Shown: positions 22,021 to 30,834 of the stretch, piece by piece | How positions within the stretch are numbered: the stretch's first letter is position 1 | Layout: the number at the start of each line of letters is the position of its first letter | Assembly (NCBI GenBank): GCA_041180765.1 | Contig: JBEGQU010000039.1 | Location: 1-34,586, forward strand | Reading direction: 5' to 3' | DNA: 34,586 bases | Origin: Chloroflexota bacterium | GTDB lineage: Bacteria; Chloroflexota; Limnocylindria; Limnocylindrales; Limnocylindraceae | Translations under genes and position numbers: made by a program | Notes under the pieces: model-generated | The model's database searches: none | What the model was told of the DNA's origin: nothing | What the model saw: the letters and a program-made list of their open reading frames with translations, nothing else

Positions 22021-22838
22021 GCGGCGTACCTCCCCGCCAGGGCGGCAGCCCAGGTCTCGGCGTTCTTCGCCGTCAGTTCGCGCTGCGGCTCGCCGTCGAT
22101 GACCACGAGCGGCGAGGGGGCATCGGGCAGGTGGGTGGAGAGCGCCTCGAGGCGGAGATTGCTGCGGGGGATCGCCCGCCCGAACTCCGTGCCGAACTCG
22201 TAGGAGAGGGTGCGCACGACCCGCCCGCCCCCCGCCGCGAGGCAGGCGGCGCAACGGCAGACGGCGATCGAGCGGGTGCGCCCGGGCTCGAAGGCGAGGT
22301 GGCGGTAGAAGGTCGCGGTGCCATAGACCATGGCGTACCAGGCGCCGGTGGCGCGGCTCACGCGCTTGAGCGCATCGACCGGCAGGTAGCCATAGTGCGC
22401 CTGGATCGCCTCGAGGATCGGCAGCATCGCGTGCGGGTCATAGTCGTGCCGCTCGAGGATCGCCTCGACCGGCACGGGGTCGATGCTGCTCCCCTGCGCC
22501 GCCGCGGCATCGGAGACGGCGCGGCCGGAGCGGCGCATCGCCGACTCCTCGCGCCGCTCGGCATACTGCTCGGCGGGCCCCCAGTGCACGGCGTAGCGCC
22601 CCTTGGTGTCGGTGCCGCCCATGTCGATGCACTCGATCGGACAGGCCTGGGCACACTGGAAGCACGTCTCGCACTTCAGGGTCCCGTGCTCGTCGGTGAC
22701 GAGCTCCAGGCGGCCGCGGTTGCGCGGCGGGATATCCGGCTTGGCCTCCGGGTACATCACCGTGCGCTTCGGCTGGAAGAAGCGCGTCAGCGTGAGAGCC
22801 ATCCCCCGCACGATCCCCGAGCCCGGAATCCGCGCCAT
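22017..22838 (-). CDS. Fusion of NuoI N-terminal half and a degenerate NuoE-like domain
   Basis: GMALTL..FF....TVMYPE......RNRGR...KCETCFQCAQACPIECI (only one ferredoxin motif), then LPILEAIQAHYGYLP..VYGTATFY..IAVCRCAAC. Confidence 0.85.
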   Translation of the reverse strand: MARIPGSGIVRGMALTLTRFFQPKRTVMYPEAKPDIPPRNRGRLELVTDEHGTLKCETCFQCAQACPIECIDMGGTDTKGRYAVHWGPAEQYAERREESAMRRSGRAVSDAAAAQGSSIDPVPVEAILERHDYDPHAMLPILEAIQAHYGYLPVDALKRVSRATGAWYAMVYGTATFYRHLAFEPGRTRSIAVCRCAACLAAGGGRVVRTLSYEFGTEFGRAIPRSNLRLEALSTHLPDAPSPLVVIDGEPQRELTAKNAETWAAALAGRYAA

Positions 22839-22848
22839 CTCCCCTCCC

Positions 22849-24186
22849 CTATGCCGTCAGCAGGACCGCGAGCGCGGTCGCGAAGATGTTGAGCAACGAC
22901 GCGGGGAGCAACCACTTCCAGGCGAAGCCCATCAGCTGGTCGATGCGCGCACGCGGCAGGGTTCCGCGCATCCAGACGAAGACGAAGACGAGGGTGAACG
23001 TCTTGGCGAGGAACCAGACGAGGTTCGCCAGCGCCGGGAGCATCGCCCAGGCCCAGAACCCGACGGCGGCGGTCGAGAGGGCGCCGAAGACCAGGAAGCC
23101 GGCGACGAGCGCCTGCCAGGTCTTCACGCGGCGGCCGACGAGGAGGAACGGCGCCGCGCAGACGAGCGTGCCGACCACAGGGGCGAGGCCGACGATCAGC
23201 GGCAGGCCGATGCCGAGGGCGCTGAGGTCGACCTCGATCTGCGGATGGAACGGCAGGACCAGCGGCGCGTTCGACCCGCCGAGGAAGACCGCCGAGAAGA
23301 GCGCCGAGACGATGAAGACGTTCACGTACTCGGCGAAGAAGAAGAAGCCGAAGCGCATCCCCGAGTACTCGGTGGCGAACCCGGCGACGATCTCCTGGTC
23401 GGCCTCGGTGTTGTCGAAGGGGGTGCGGTTCGCCTCGGCGGTGATGGCGATGAAGAAGATGATCGCGGCGAGCGGCTGGCGGAAGATGAACCAGTCGAGG
23501 ATCGAGCCGGCCTGCGCCTCCACGATCTTCGGCAGCGAGAGGGTTCCCGTGAGGATGACGATCCCCACGATCGAGAGCGTCAGCGGGATCTCGTAGCTGA
23601 TCGACTGCGCCGCCGCGCGGATGCCGCCGAGCAGCGAGTACTTGTTGAACGACGACCAGCCGGCCATCATCAGGCCGACGACGCCGAGCCCGCCGATGGC
23701 GAAGAAGTAGAGCAGCCCGAACTCGAGGCCGACGCTGGTGAGCTCCGGCGCGAACGGGATGACCATGATCGTCATGAAGCTCGCGAGGTAGACGACGACC
23801 GGCGCGAGCGTGAAGACCGGCTTGTCGACGCTCGGCGGCGTGTAGTCCTCCTTCATCAGCACCTTGAGGCCGTGCACGATGCTCATCACCGCGCCGGCCG
23901 GTCCGATGCGATCGGGACCGATGCGCAGGTTCATGAGGGCGATGATCTTCATCTCCATGTAGATCAGCAGGAAGGCGGTGGGGACGGTGATGAGGAAGGT
24001 GATCACCGACGCCGCGAGGAAGCGCACGATCGGCAGATTGGCGCCGATGGTGGCGGCGATCGCGCCGCCGAACGCGACGAGCAGCGCCGTCGTGAGCGCC
24101 CCGCCGACGGCGAGCACCGGGAGGGCCACGGCGACGATCCGCCCGATGGGCGTGAGGCGCCCCCAGACCAGTGCGGCGCCGCTCAC
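22849..24186 (-). CDS. nuoH: NADH-quinone oxidoreductase subunit H (elongated, extra hydrophobic segments)
   Basis: RIGPDRIGP.G, KYSLLGGIRAAAQSISYE, AEANRTPFD..EA..E...GF.TEYSG, RGTLPRARIDQLM. Confidence 0.95.
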   Translation of the reverse strand: MSGAALVWGRLTPIGRIVAVALPVLAVGGALTTALLVAFGGAIAATIGANLPIVRFLAASVITFLITVPTAFLLIYMEMKIIALMNLRIGPDRIGPAGAVMSIVHGLKVLMKEDYTPPSVDKPVFTLAPVVVYLASFMTIMVIPFAPELTSVGLEFGLLYFFAIGGLGVVGLMMAGWSSFNKYSLLGGIRAAAQSISYEIPLTLSIVGIVILTGTLSLPKIVEAQAGSILDWFIFRQPLAAIIFFIAITAEANRTPFDNTEADQEIVAGFATEYSGMRFGFFFFAEYVNVFIVSALFSAVFLGGSNAPLVLPFHPQIEVDLSALGIGLPLIVGLAPVVGTLVCAAPFLLVGRRVKTWQALVAGFLVFGALSTAAVGFWAWAMLPALANLVWFLAKTFTLVFVFVWMRGTLPRARIDQLMGFAWKWLLPASLLNIFATALAVLLTA

Positions 24187-25397
24187 TTGTCGACCCCGCC
24201 CATCACCGGATCGAGGCTCGCCATGACCGCCATCGTGTCGGCGATCAGGTTCCCCTTCGTGAGCGGCCCGACGAGCTGCAGGTGCACGAACGACGGGTCG
24301 TGGATGCGCATGCGGAACGGCTGGTCGGTGCCGTCGCTGATCGCATAGGTGCCGTACACGCCGCGCGGACCCTCGACGGCGCCGAACGCACGACCGGGTC
24401 GCGGCCGGATGAGGCGCGGCAGCTTGGCCGCCACCGGCCCGTCGGGCATCTCGTGGAGCACCTGGTCGATGATGCGCAGCGACTGCTTGATCTCGTCGAT
24501 GCGCACGAGGTAGCGGGCGAGGGAGTCGCCCTCGGTTCGGGTCGGGACGTCGAACTCGAGCTCGGGGTAGACGAGGTAGGGGCGGTCGCGGCGCAGGTCG
24601 TAGGGGACCCCCGTCGCGCGGAGGTTCGGCCCGGTGACGCCCATGCGCAGGGCGGTCTTCGCGTCGAGCACCCCGAGGCCGCGGGTGCGGCGCACGAAGA
24701 GCTCGTTCTCGTTGATCAGCCCGAGGTTCGAGTCGATCTGGGCGGCGGCGCGACCCATCCAGGTGCCGAGGCGGCTCATGAACTCATGGTTCAGGTCGCC
24801 GTTCACGCCGCCGATGCGGTAGTAGTTGTAGAGGAGCTTCTGGCCGGTGAGTGCAGCGAGCATGTCGACGATCTCGTCGCGCTCGATGAACGACCAGAGG
24901 ATCGGCGTGAGGCCGCCGAGATCGAGCGCCATCCAGCCCTGGAAGAGCGTGTGGCTGGCGATGCGATTGAGCTCCATGGTGAGCACGCGGATGTACTGCG
25001 CGCGGCGCGGTACCTCCACGTCCATGAGCTTCTCGAAGGCGGCGACCGGTGCCGCCTCGCAGAAGAGCGAGCTGACGTACTCGAGCGGATCGGTGTAGCA
25101 GATCGCCTGGTGGTAGTCGGCGTTCTCGCAGAGCTTCTCGACGCCGCGGTGCAGGTAGCCGAGGACCGGATCGAGGTCGACGACCTTCTCGCCGTCGATC
25201 TTGATGACGACGCGCAGCACGCCGTGCGTCGACGGGTGCTGCGGCCCCATGTTCACGAACATCTCGCCGTCCTTAAGCGAGAGGAACTCCGCCTGGCGCT
25301 CCGTCTGCGGCGTCGGTGCCGGCTCGTACCACGCCGATCCGGCCGGGATCGCGACGCGCGGATCGTCGAGCGAGGGGCGGGTCTGCTGCTGCGTCAT
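24183..25397 (-). CDS. nuoD: NADH-quinone oxidoreductase subunit D
   Basis: NMGPQHPSTHGVLR, GYLHRGVEK, ELNRIASH, EGPRG, C-terminal SLDPVMGGVDK. No NiFe CxxC ligands. Confidence 0.95.
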   Translation of the reverse strand: MTQQQTRPSLDDPRVAIPAGSAWYEPAPTPQTERQAEFLSLKDGEMFVNMGPQHPSTHGVLRVVIKIDGEKVVDLDPVLGYLHRGVEKLCENADYHQAICYTDPLEYVSSLFCEAAPVAAFEKLMDVEVPRRAQYIRVLTMELNRIASHTLFQGWMALDLGGLTPILWSFIERDEIVDMLAALTGQKLLYNYYRIGGVNGDLNHEFMSRLGTWMGRAAAQIDSNLGLINENELFVRRTRGLGVLDAKTALRMGVTGPNLRATGVPYDLRRDRPYLVYPELEFDVPTRTEGDSLARYLVRIDEIKQSLRIIDQVLHEMPDGPVAAKLPRLIRPRPGRAFGAVEGPRGVYGTYAISDGTDQPFRMRIHDPSFVHLQLVGPLTKGNLIADTMAVMASLDPVMGGVDK

Positions 25398-25951
25398 CGC
25401 GATGCACCCGGGCTCTTGCGCACGAGCGTCGCAGCGGTGGCGTCGCGGGGCGTGCCGGCGCGCTCCATGTTGCGAACGCCGGCGGCAGGCGATCGCGAGG
25501 CATCGTCGGCCAGGTGGAAGTCCTTGCGCAGCGGGTGGCTGCGGTAATCGTCGGGCATGTAGATCCGCCGCAGGTCGCGGTTCCCCTCGAAGACGATGCC
25601 GAACATGTCGTACGCCTCGCGCTCCATCCACTCCGCGCCAGGCCAGAGCGAGGTCGCGGACGGCGCGCGGGGCGAGGTGCGGTCGAGCCCCGGCACGATG
25701 AGGCGCAGCCAGTCGCCGCTCTGCGCCGAGGAGAGGTGATAGACGACCTGCATCTCCTCGCCGGTGTCGACGCCACAGAGGTCGATGAGCATCTCGAAGG
25801 CGAGCGACGGTTCGTCGTGGAGCGCGCGCAGCGTGTCGACGGCGTCGGCGAGCGCGACGCGGATCTCGGTCTCGTCGTGGCGCTGGCGGACCGGCCCGAG
25901 CAACCGCTCGCCGAAGCGCGCGGTGAGCCGGGAGGCGAGGGCGCGGTCCAT
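25394..25951 (-). CDS. nuoC: NADH-quinone oxidoreductase subunit C
   Basis: LIDLCGVD, W.EREAYDMFGI.FEG..DLRRI, HPLRKDF. Confidence 0.93.
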   Translation of the reverse strand: MDRALASRLTARFGERLLGPVRQRHDETEIRVALADAVDTLRALHDEPSLAFEMLIDLCGVDTGEEMQVVYHLSSAQSGDWLRLIVPGLDRTSPRAPSATSLWPGAEWMEREAYDMFGIVFEGNRDLRRIYMPDDYRSHPLRKDFHLADDASRSPAAGVRNMERAGTPRDATAATLVRKSPGASR

Positions 25952-26655
25952 CAGATCCCCTCGGGGACGGTCGGGCCGATCGCGCGCTCGTTCCAGTGGC
26001 CGCGGCGATCCTTCACCAGCTGCTGCAGCTTCATCATCCCGTAGATCAAGCCCTCGGGGCGCGGCGGGCAGCCGGGAATGTAGACGTCGACCGGCATCAC
26101 GCGATCGATCCCCTGCACCACCGAGTAGCTGCGCTTGTAGCGGCCACCCGAGCAGGTGCAGTCGCCCATCGCGACCACCCACTTCGGCTCGGGCATCTGC
26201 TCCCAGAGGCGGATGAGCGGCTCGGCCATCTTCGTCGTGAGCGTCCCGGCGACGATCAGCACGTCGGCCTGGCGCGGCGAGGCGCGGAACGGGAACATCC
26301 CCCAGCGGTCGATGTCGTTCTTCGGCGTGGCGGTGGACATCATCTCGATGGCGCAGCAGGCGAGGCCCGAGAGGAGCGGCCAGAGGCTGTTCGCGCGGAT
26401 CAGGTCCAGCACGAGATCGGCCTTCGTGGGGATGGCGGCAAGGGCGCCGCTCCAGCGCGCGTCGTCGACGCGACCGTCGCCGGTCGCGTCGTATCGCGCG
26501 AGCTCGAGGTTCGGGTGCTCCTCGAGCGGCAGGCCGCCGTAGGCTCGCGGGTCGTCGGTCGTGTAGAGGGTGTTCGCGACGCGGCGCACCGGGACGATGC
26601 TGCCGTCGGCGGCGACCTCGGGCAGGCGCGCGTTGCGCGGATCGATCACCGCCAC
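25951..26655 (-). CDS. nuoB: NADH-quinone oxidoreductase subunit B
   Basis: [43 protein letters not shown] (N2 ligands intact). Confidence 0.95.
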   Translation of the reverse strand: MAVIDPRNARLPEVAADGSIVPVRRVANTLYTTDDPRAYGGLPLEEHPNLELARYDATGDGRVDDARWSGALAAIPTKADLVLDLIRANSLWPLLSGLACCAIEMMSTATPKNDIDRWGMFPFRASPRQADVLIVAGTLTTKMAEPLIRLWEQMPEPKWVVAMGDCTCSGGRYKRSYSVVQGIDRVMPVDVYIPGCPPRPEGLIYGMMKLQQLVKDRRGHWNERAIGPTVPEGI

Positions 26656-27002
26656 GAGAGCACCCCCTTGCGCCAGGCGTAGCCCAGCCCCACCAGCAAG
26701 ATGCCGATGAAGATCGCCATCGAGATCAGCCCGTCGACGAGGAGCACCTTGAAGTTGAGCGCCCAGATGTAGATGAAGACGATCTCGACGTCGAAGGCCA
26801 CGAAGAGGAGGGCGTACAGGTAGAAGGAGAGGCTGAAGCGCCCGTGGGTGTCGCCGTAGGTGTCGATTCCCGACTCGTAGGGCACCTGCTTGCCGCGGCT
26901 GCCGCGCACGCGGTGCGAGATCAGCCAGGCGAGGCCGATCGTCAGGAAGACGAACGAGACGCCCGCGCCGGCGAAGCCGAGGGTGTACCAGAGACCGGTC
27001 AT
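26646..27002 (-). CDS. nuoA: NADH-quinone oxidoreductase subunit A
   Basis: [37 protein letters not shown]. Confidence 0.95.
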   Translation of the reverse strand: MTGLWYTLGFAGAGVSFVFLTIGLAWLISHRVRGSRGKQVPYESGIDTYGDTHGRFSLSFYLYALLFVAFDVEIVFIYIWALNFKVLLVDGLISMAIFIGILLVGLGYAWRKGVLSWR

Positions 27003-27089
27003 GCAGCTCCCCTGTCGGACCCGTTGCCGGATCCGCTCGGCGGCCAGATCCCCGAGCGGGGCGGCGCGGTGGACCCTGCGGCGATTCTA
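27003..27089 (-). promoter_or_regulatory. Putative nuo promoter (-10 TAGAAT at 27089-27084) and ~75-nt leader with a hairpin
   Basis: TAGAAT overlaps the methyltransferase stop codon. Inverted repeat ccgctcgg (27033-27040) / ccgagcgg (27052-27059). Confidence 0.5.
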
Positions 27090-28289
27090 GACGAGGCGTC
27101 GGTTCGGAGCCGCCGCGCCGGGGAGGGGCGCGGCGGGGTCCGCGAGGCGCTCTCGATCGGTCGCGGAACCGATCGCGAACAGCTCGACGGCGAATCCGCC
27201 CATGCGGCGGGGGTCCATCAGGTGGGCGAGGGCCGCCCGCAGGGCGAGCGCCCCCTCGAGGGTCGCCTCGGGCCCGCGGCGGAGGCGGTCGAGCTCGTCG
27301 TCGAGCCCCGCCCCGGCGAGGAGGGCGGCCTGGGTGGTGGCGGCAACCGGGGTCAGCCCCGCCCCCTGGGCGGCGGCCCGCAGGGCGGTCAGGTCGACGT
27401 GGGCGGTCAGGTCGCGCCCCCCGGGCTCGCCGAGGAGGTCCCCGGTTGCCCGGTGCCCCTGGTAGGCGAGGGCGGTCCCCGCCATGCGGGTGGCGGCCGC
27501 TCGGAGCAGGGGGGCGGGGTGCCCGTAGTCGAGCACCGCCACGAGCCCCCGGGAGACGACCCCGGGGAGGCCCGCCGCCCAGGCATCGGCGGCGAGGCAG
27601 ATCTCGGCGAGCTGCCCCTCGACAAGGGGTGCGCCCTGGGCGAGGCGGGCGGCGAACAGGGGGGCGAGGCGGGGGTCGGGCGGCACCTCCACCCAGGCCA
27701 GGGCCCCGGTCGCCGCATCGACCCCGACCCGCCGCTCGGCGAAGCCGAGGGGGGAGGCCGGGCGGCCGACGACGATGTGGAACGGGAGCGCGTCGAGGTA
27801 CTCGTTCGCCACGACGATGCCCGCGGCGGCGGGCGGCGTGGCGTGGGCGGCGGGCCCGGAAACCAACGGCACGCCGCGGGCGGCGAGTCGGGCGGCGAGT
27901 TCGGTGCGTCGATGGGGGTTCACCTCGACCGCCGCGACCTCGAGGGCGGCGCGGAGCGGCGTCTTGTCGCGCTCGAGCTGGTCGATCGCCGCCGCCACGA
28001 GCGCGCCGGCGCCGGCGCCGTATTCGATCCAGCGGAACGGCGCCGGGCGATCGAGCCGTTCCCAGGCGGCGGTCGCGAGCCGCGCGAGTGCCGAACCAAG
28101 GAGCGGGTGCAGTTCGGGGGCCGTGAGGAAGTCGCCACCCCGGCCGGCGCGGACCGACTCGCCCGCGTAGTAGCCGATCTCCGGTTCGGTGAGGGCGCGC
28201 TCCATGAATCGCGCGAACTCGATCGGGCCGTGCCGTTCGATCTCGTCGCGAATCCTCGCGTCCAGCGATGCGGGCTCTCGCTCCACCAT
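27087..28289 (-). CDS. SAM-dependent methyltransferase, MidA/NDUFAF7 family
   Basis: [13 protein letters not shown].....[44 protein letters not shown]. Confidence 0.9.
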   Translation of the reverse strand: MVEREPASLDARIRDEIERHGPIEFARFMERALTEPEIGYYAGESVRAGRGGDFLTAPELHPLLGSALARLATAAWERLDRPAPFRWIEYGAGAGALVAAAIDQLERDKTPLRAALEVAAVEVNPHRRTELAARLAARGVPLVSGPAAHATPPAAAGIVVANEYLDALPFHIVVGRPASPLGFAERRVGVDAATGALAWVEVPPDPRLAPLFAARLAQGAPLVEGQLAEICLAADAWAAGLPGVVSRGLVAVLDYGHPAPLLRAAATRMAGTALAYQGHRATGDLLGEPGGRDLTAHVDLTALRAAAQGAGLTPVAATTQAALLAGAGLDDELDRLRRGPEATLEGALALRAALAHLMDPRRMGGFAVELFAIGSATDRERLADPAAPLPGAAAPNRRLV

Positions 28290-28323
28290 GCGGTAGATCC
28301 TACGCGGCGGTAGTGTCGTGCAC
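28290..28323. promoter_or_regulatory. Compact divergent leaderless promoter pair (midA-like / folK)
   Basis: Minus strand TAGGAT-ctaccgc-ATG(28289); plus strand TAGTGT-cgtgcac-ATG(28324). Confidence 0.55.
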
Positions 28324-28893
28324 ATGGCACAGCGCACCGTGTACCTGGGAATCGGCGCAAACCTCGACGATCCGGCGACCACCCTCGCGGAAGCGGTCGG
28401 TGCGCTGGCGCGCATTCCGGGGTGGCGGATGGGCGCCATCTCGCCGCTCTATCGCACCACGCCCGTCGGGCTGCTCGACCAGCCGGATTTCTACAACGCC
28501 GCGCTCGAGATCCACGCCGAACTACCCGACGCCGCAGGCGACGCCGCGCTGGAGGTGCTCGCGCGGTGCAAGGAGCTGGAGCGCCTCTTCGGCCGCGTCG
28601 CGACGGTCCGCAACGGACCGCGACGGCTCGACCTCGACATCATCGCGATCGACGGCGAGGCGATCCTCGTGCCCCGCCCCGCCGAAGATGGTCGCGCGCT
28701 CGTCGTGCCGCATCCTGCCGCGCACGAGCGCCTCTTCGTCTTGGCGCCGCTCGCGGACATCGCCCCCTCGCTCCGCGCGCCGGGCTGGCGCAGCAGCGCG
28801 CGGGAGCTGCGCGATGCGCGGCGGACGGCCGAGGGCGAGGCGGCGGCGGTGCGCATCGGGGCCTGGGACGAGTCGGCACGCCGCTGGGTGTAG
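28324..28893 (+). CDS. folK: 2-amino-4-hydroxy-6-hydroxymethyldihydropteridine diphosphokinase
   Basis: YLGIGANL, SPLYRT.P.G..DQPDFYNA, GR...RNGPRRLDLDII, VPHP...ER.FVLAPL. Confidence 0.93.
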   Translation: MAQRTVYLGIGANLDDPATTLAEAVGALARIPGWRMGAISPLYRTTPVGLLDQPDFYNAALEIHAELPDAAGDAALEVLARCKELERLFGRVATVRNGPRRLDLDIIAIDGEAILVPRPAEDGRALVVPHPAAHERLFVLAPLADIAPSLRAPGWRSSARELRDARRTAEGEAAAVRIGAWDESARRWV

Positions 28894-28917
28894 CGTGCCG
28901 CCGCGGCGCGGCGACGA

Positions 28918-30333
28918 TCAGCGGCGATAGTGCCGCCGCCCGGTGAAGACCATCGCCAGGCCCATGCGATCGGCGATCTCGATCGCCGCCGCGTCCCGAC
29001 GGGAGCCCCCAGGTTGCACGACCGCGGTGATCCCCGCCGCCGCCGCCGCGGTAATCCCCTCGGCGAACGGGAAGTAAGCGTCGCTCGCCATCACGCCGCC
29101 GCGCGCGCGATCGGCCGCGCGCTGCAACGCAATGTCGACGGCGATCCGGCGGTTCACCTGACCTGCGCCGATGCCGAGCGTGGCGCCCGAGCGCGCGACG
29201 ACGATCGCATTCGAGCGCACATGGCGCACCACACGCCAGGCGAACAGGAGGTCGGTCAACTCGTCGAGCGACGGGCGCCGCTCGGTGACGACGCGCAGCT
29301 CGCTGCGCTCGATCGCACCGTGATCGCGGGTCTGCAGCAACACGGCGCCGTCGATCTCGATCATCTCGGGAGCATCGGGTGGGTGTGCGGCATAGAGCAG
29401 CACGCGCAGGTCGCGTCGCCCCGCGAGGATCGCCCGTGTCGCATCGTCGGCGACGGCCGGCGCGACGACGGCCTCGTAGCTGCCGGCGACGATCTCTGCA
29501 GCGGTCGCGCGATCGATCGCGACATTCAGCGCAACGACCGCGCCCGTCGCGGCGGCGGCATCGGTCTCGACGGCGCGGCTGAAGGCGCCGTAGGTCGTCT
29601 CCGCTGTCGCCACGCCGATCGGGTCGGTGTGGCGAATCACCGCCGCGCTCGGTGCCGGCAGGTCGGCGACGAGGCGCGCGCCGGCGTCGAGGTCGAGCAG
29701 GTCGTTGAGCGTCGGCTCGTCGCCCTGCGCGAGCGGGGCGGCGAGCGGGCCGCCGGGGGCCGCGCCGAGGCGGCGATAGGCCGCGGCCCGCTGGTGCGGA
29801 TTCTCGCCGTGACCGAAGGTGCGCACCCGCTCGAGCACGACGAGGGCCCGCTCCGGCCACTCTGCGGTGGAGCCCGGCGCCGGGGCCGCCGGCGGGAGCA
29901 GACCTGGCCCTCCCGCCAGGGCGGCGGCGAGGGCGGCGAGGGCGGCCTGCCGCAGTCCCTCGCGGACGGCGGGGGTGGGTCCGACCGCGAGCGCGGCGAG
30001 CAGGTCGCCTGCGGCCTCGACGTCGACGAGCAGGAGCGGCCCGTCGGGTGCGGCGAGCGCGCGGGCGAGCGCGGCCGCGACGTCGGGGTCGGTTCGCGGT
30101 GCGCCGGGGGCGTGCGGCGCGATCAGCAGGTCTCCGCCATCGAGGCCGCGGAGGGCGGCATCGAGCGCCGGGCCAGGGTCGATGGCCACGCAGGCGAGCC
30201 CCTCTGCGGCGAGCAGCTGCGCTGCGGGCGGGGTCGCCTCGAGGGTCGCGCCGCGGGCGACGAGCGTCGCCAGCGCCGGGACGAGGCGCTCGATCGCCGG
30301 ACGCTCCGTTGCGGCGATCAAGAGGACGCGCAT
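28918..30333 (-). CDS. purH: PurH-like protein: AICAR transformylase domain recognisable, IMP cyclohydrolase domain degenerate
   Basis: GENPHQ.AA.Y, HV.SNAIV, GIGAGQ..R, ASDAYFPF..G, QPGGS.RD, MVFTG.RH. N-terminal IMPCH motifs are absent. Confidence 0.8.
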   Translation of the reverse strand: MRVLLIAATERPAIERLVPALATLVARGATLEATPPAAQLLAAEGLACVAIDPGPALDAALRGLDGGDLLIAPHAPGAPRTDPDVAAALARALAAPDGPLLLVDVEAAGDLLAALAVGPTPAVREGLRQAALAALAAALAGGPGLLPPAAPAPGSTAEWPERALVVLERVRTFGHGENPHQRAAAYRRLGAAPGGPLAAPLAQGDEPTLNDLLDLDAGARLVADLPAPSAAVIRHTDPIGVATAETTYGAFSRAVETDAAAATGAVVALNVAIDRATAAEIVAGSYEAVVAPAVADDATRAILAGRRDLRVLLYAAHPPDAPEMIEIDGAVLLQTRDHGAIERSELRVVTERRPSLDELTDLLFAWRVVRHVRSNAIVVARSGATLGIGAGQVNRRIAVDIALQRAADRARGGVMASDAYFPFAEGITAAAAAGITAVVQPGGSRRDAAAIEIADRMGLAMVFTGRRHYRR

Positions 30334-30404
30334 GGTGGCGATGATGGCATACTCGGCGGCGAGATCGCGATGGAATCGCGAGAGTCGAGCGAAAGGAGCC
30401 TGGC

Positions 30405-30824
30405 ATGGCAAAGTGGCCGTGGGAGTACCTCTTCACCGTCTTCAACGCGAAGCTCGGGTCGTTCTACACGCCCTTCTGGGTCGCCAACCTCGTCCTGCTC
30501 GTTGCGACGATCGTGATCTACTCCGTCGCCACGCGCGGTAGCCGCGGCAACGGCGTGCTCGGCGACGAGTGGGAGCAGATCCTCTGGATCGGCGTCGGGA
30601 TGTTCGGGATGAACCTCGTATATGCGGCGTTCCAGTGGTACGGCCTCTTCCCCATCTTCACCACGGCGATCGGCCTCTGGCTGCTCCGCTCCACCGTGCT
30701 CCGGAAGTTCCCGCCGCTGCTCGCCGCCGAGGCGCTGCACGCGGAGCGACTCCGGGCGCGCCGCCAGGCATCGGACGGCGTCGAGGCGACGATCAAGCGC
30801 GCGAAGCGCCGCGCCAAGCGCTGA
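30405..30824 (+). CDS. Small membrane protein of unknown function (3 predicted TM helices, basic C-terminus)
   Basis: SD AAAGGAG, coding-like GC3 pattern, three hydrophobic stretches. Confidence 0.8.
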   Translation: MAKWPWEYLFTVFNAKLGSFYTPFWVANLVLLVATIVIYSVATRGSRGNGVLGDEWEQILWIGVGMFGMNLVYAAFQWYGLFPIFTTAIGLWLLRSTVLRKFPPLLAAEALHAERLRARRQASDGVEATIKRAKRRAKR

Positions 30825-30834
30825 CGGCGCGGCG

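Noticed and set aside
22017-22838. nuoI as a frameshifted pseudogene
   Set aside because: The frame continues cleanly into NuoE, is coupled to nuoF by an ATGA overlap, and the missing half is present in-frame at 18484-18330.
18203-25397. Hydrogenase, formate dehydrogenase or glutamate synthase interpretation
   Set aside because: No H-cluster motifs, no molybdopterin domain, no NiFe CxxC pairs in NuoD, and no gltB in the window.
27210-27770. G/C-run-rich segment inside the methyltransferase gene (possible foreign DNA or G-quadruplex)
   Set aside because: The reading frame and family motifs are continuous, there are no boundaries or repeats, and the bias cannot be quantified by eye.
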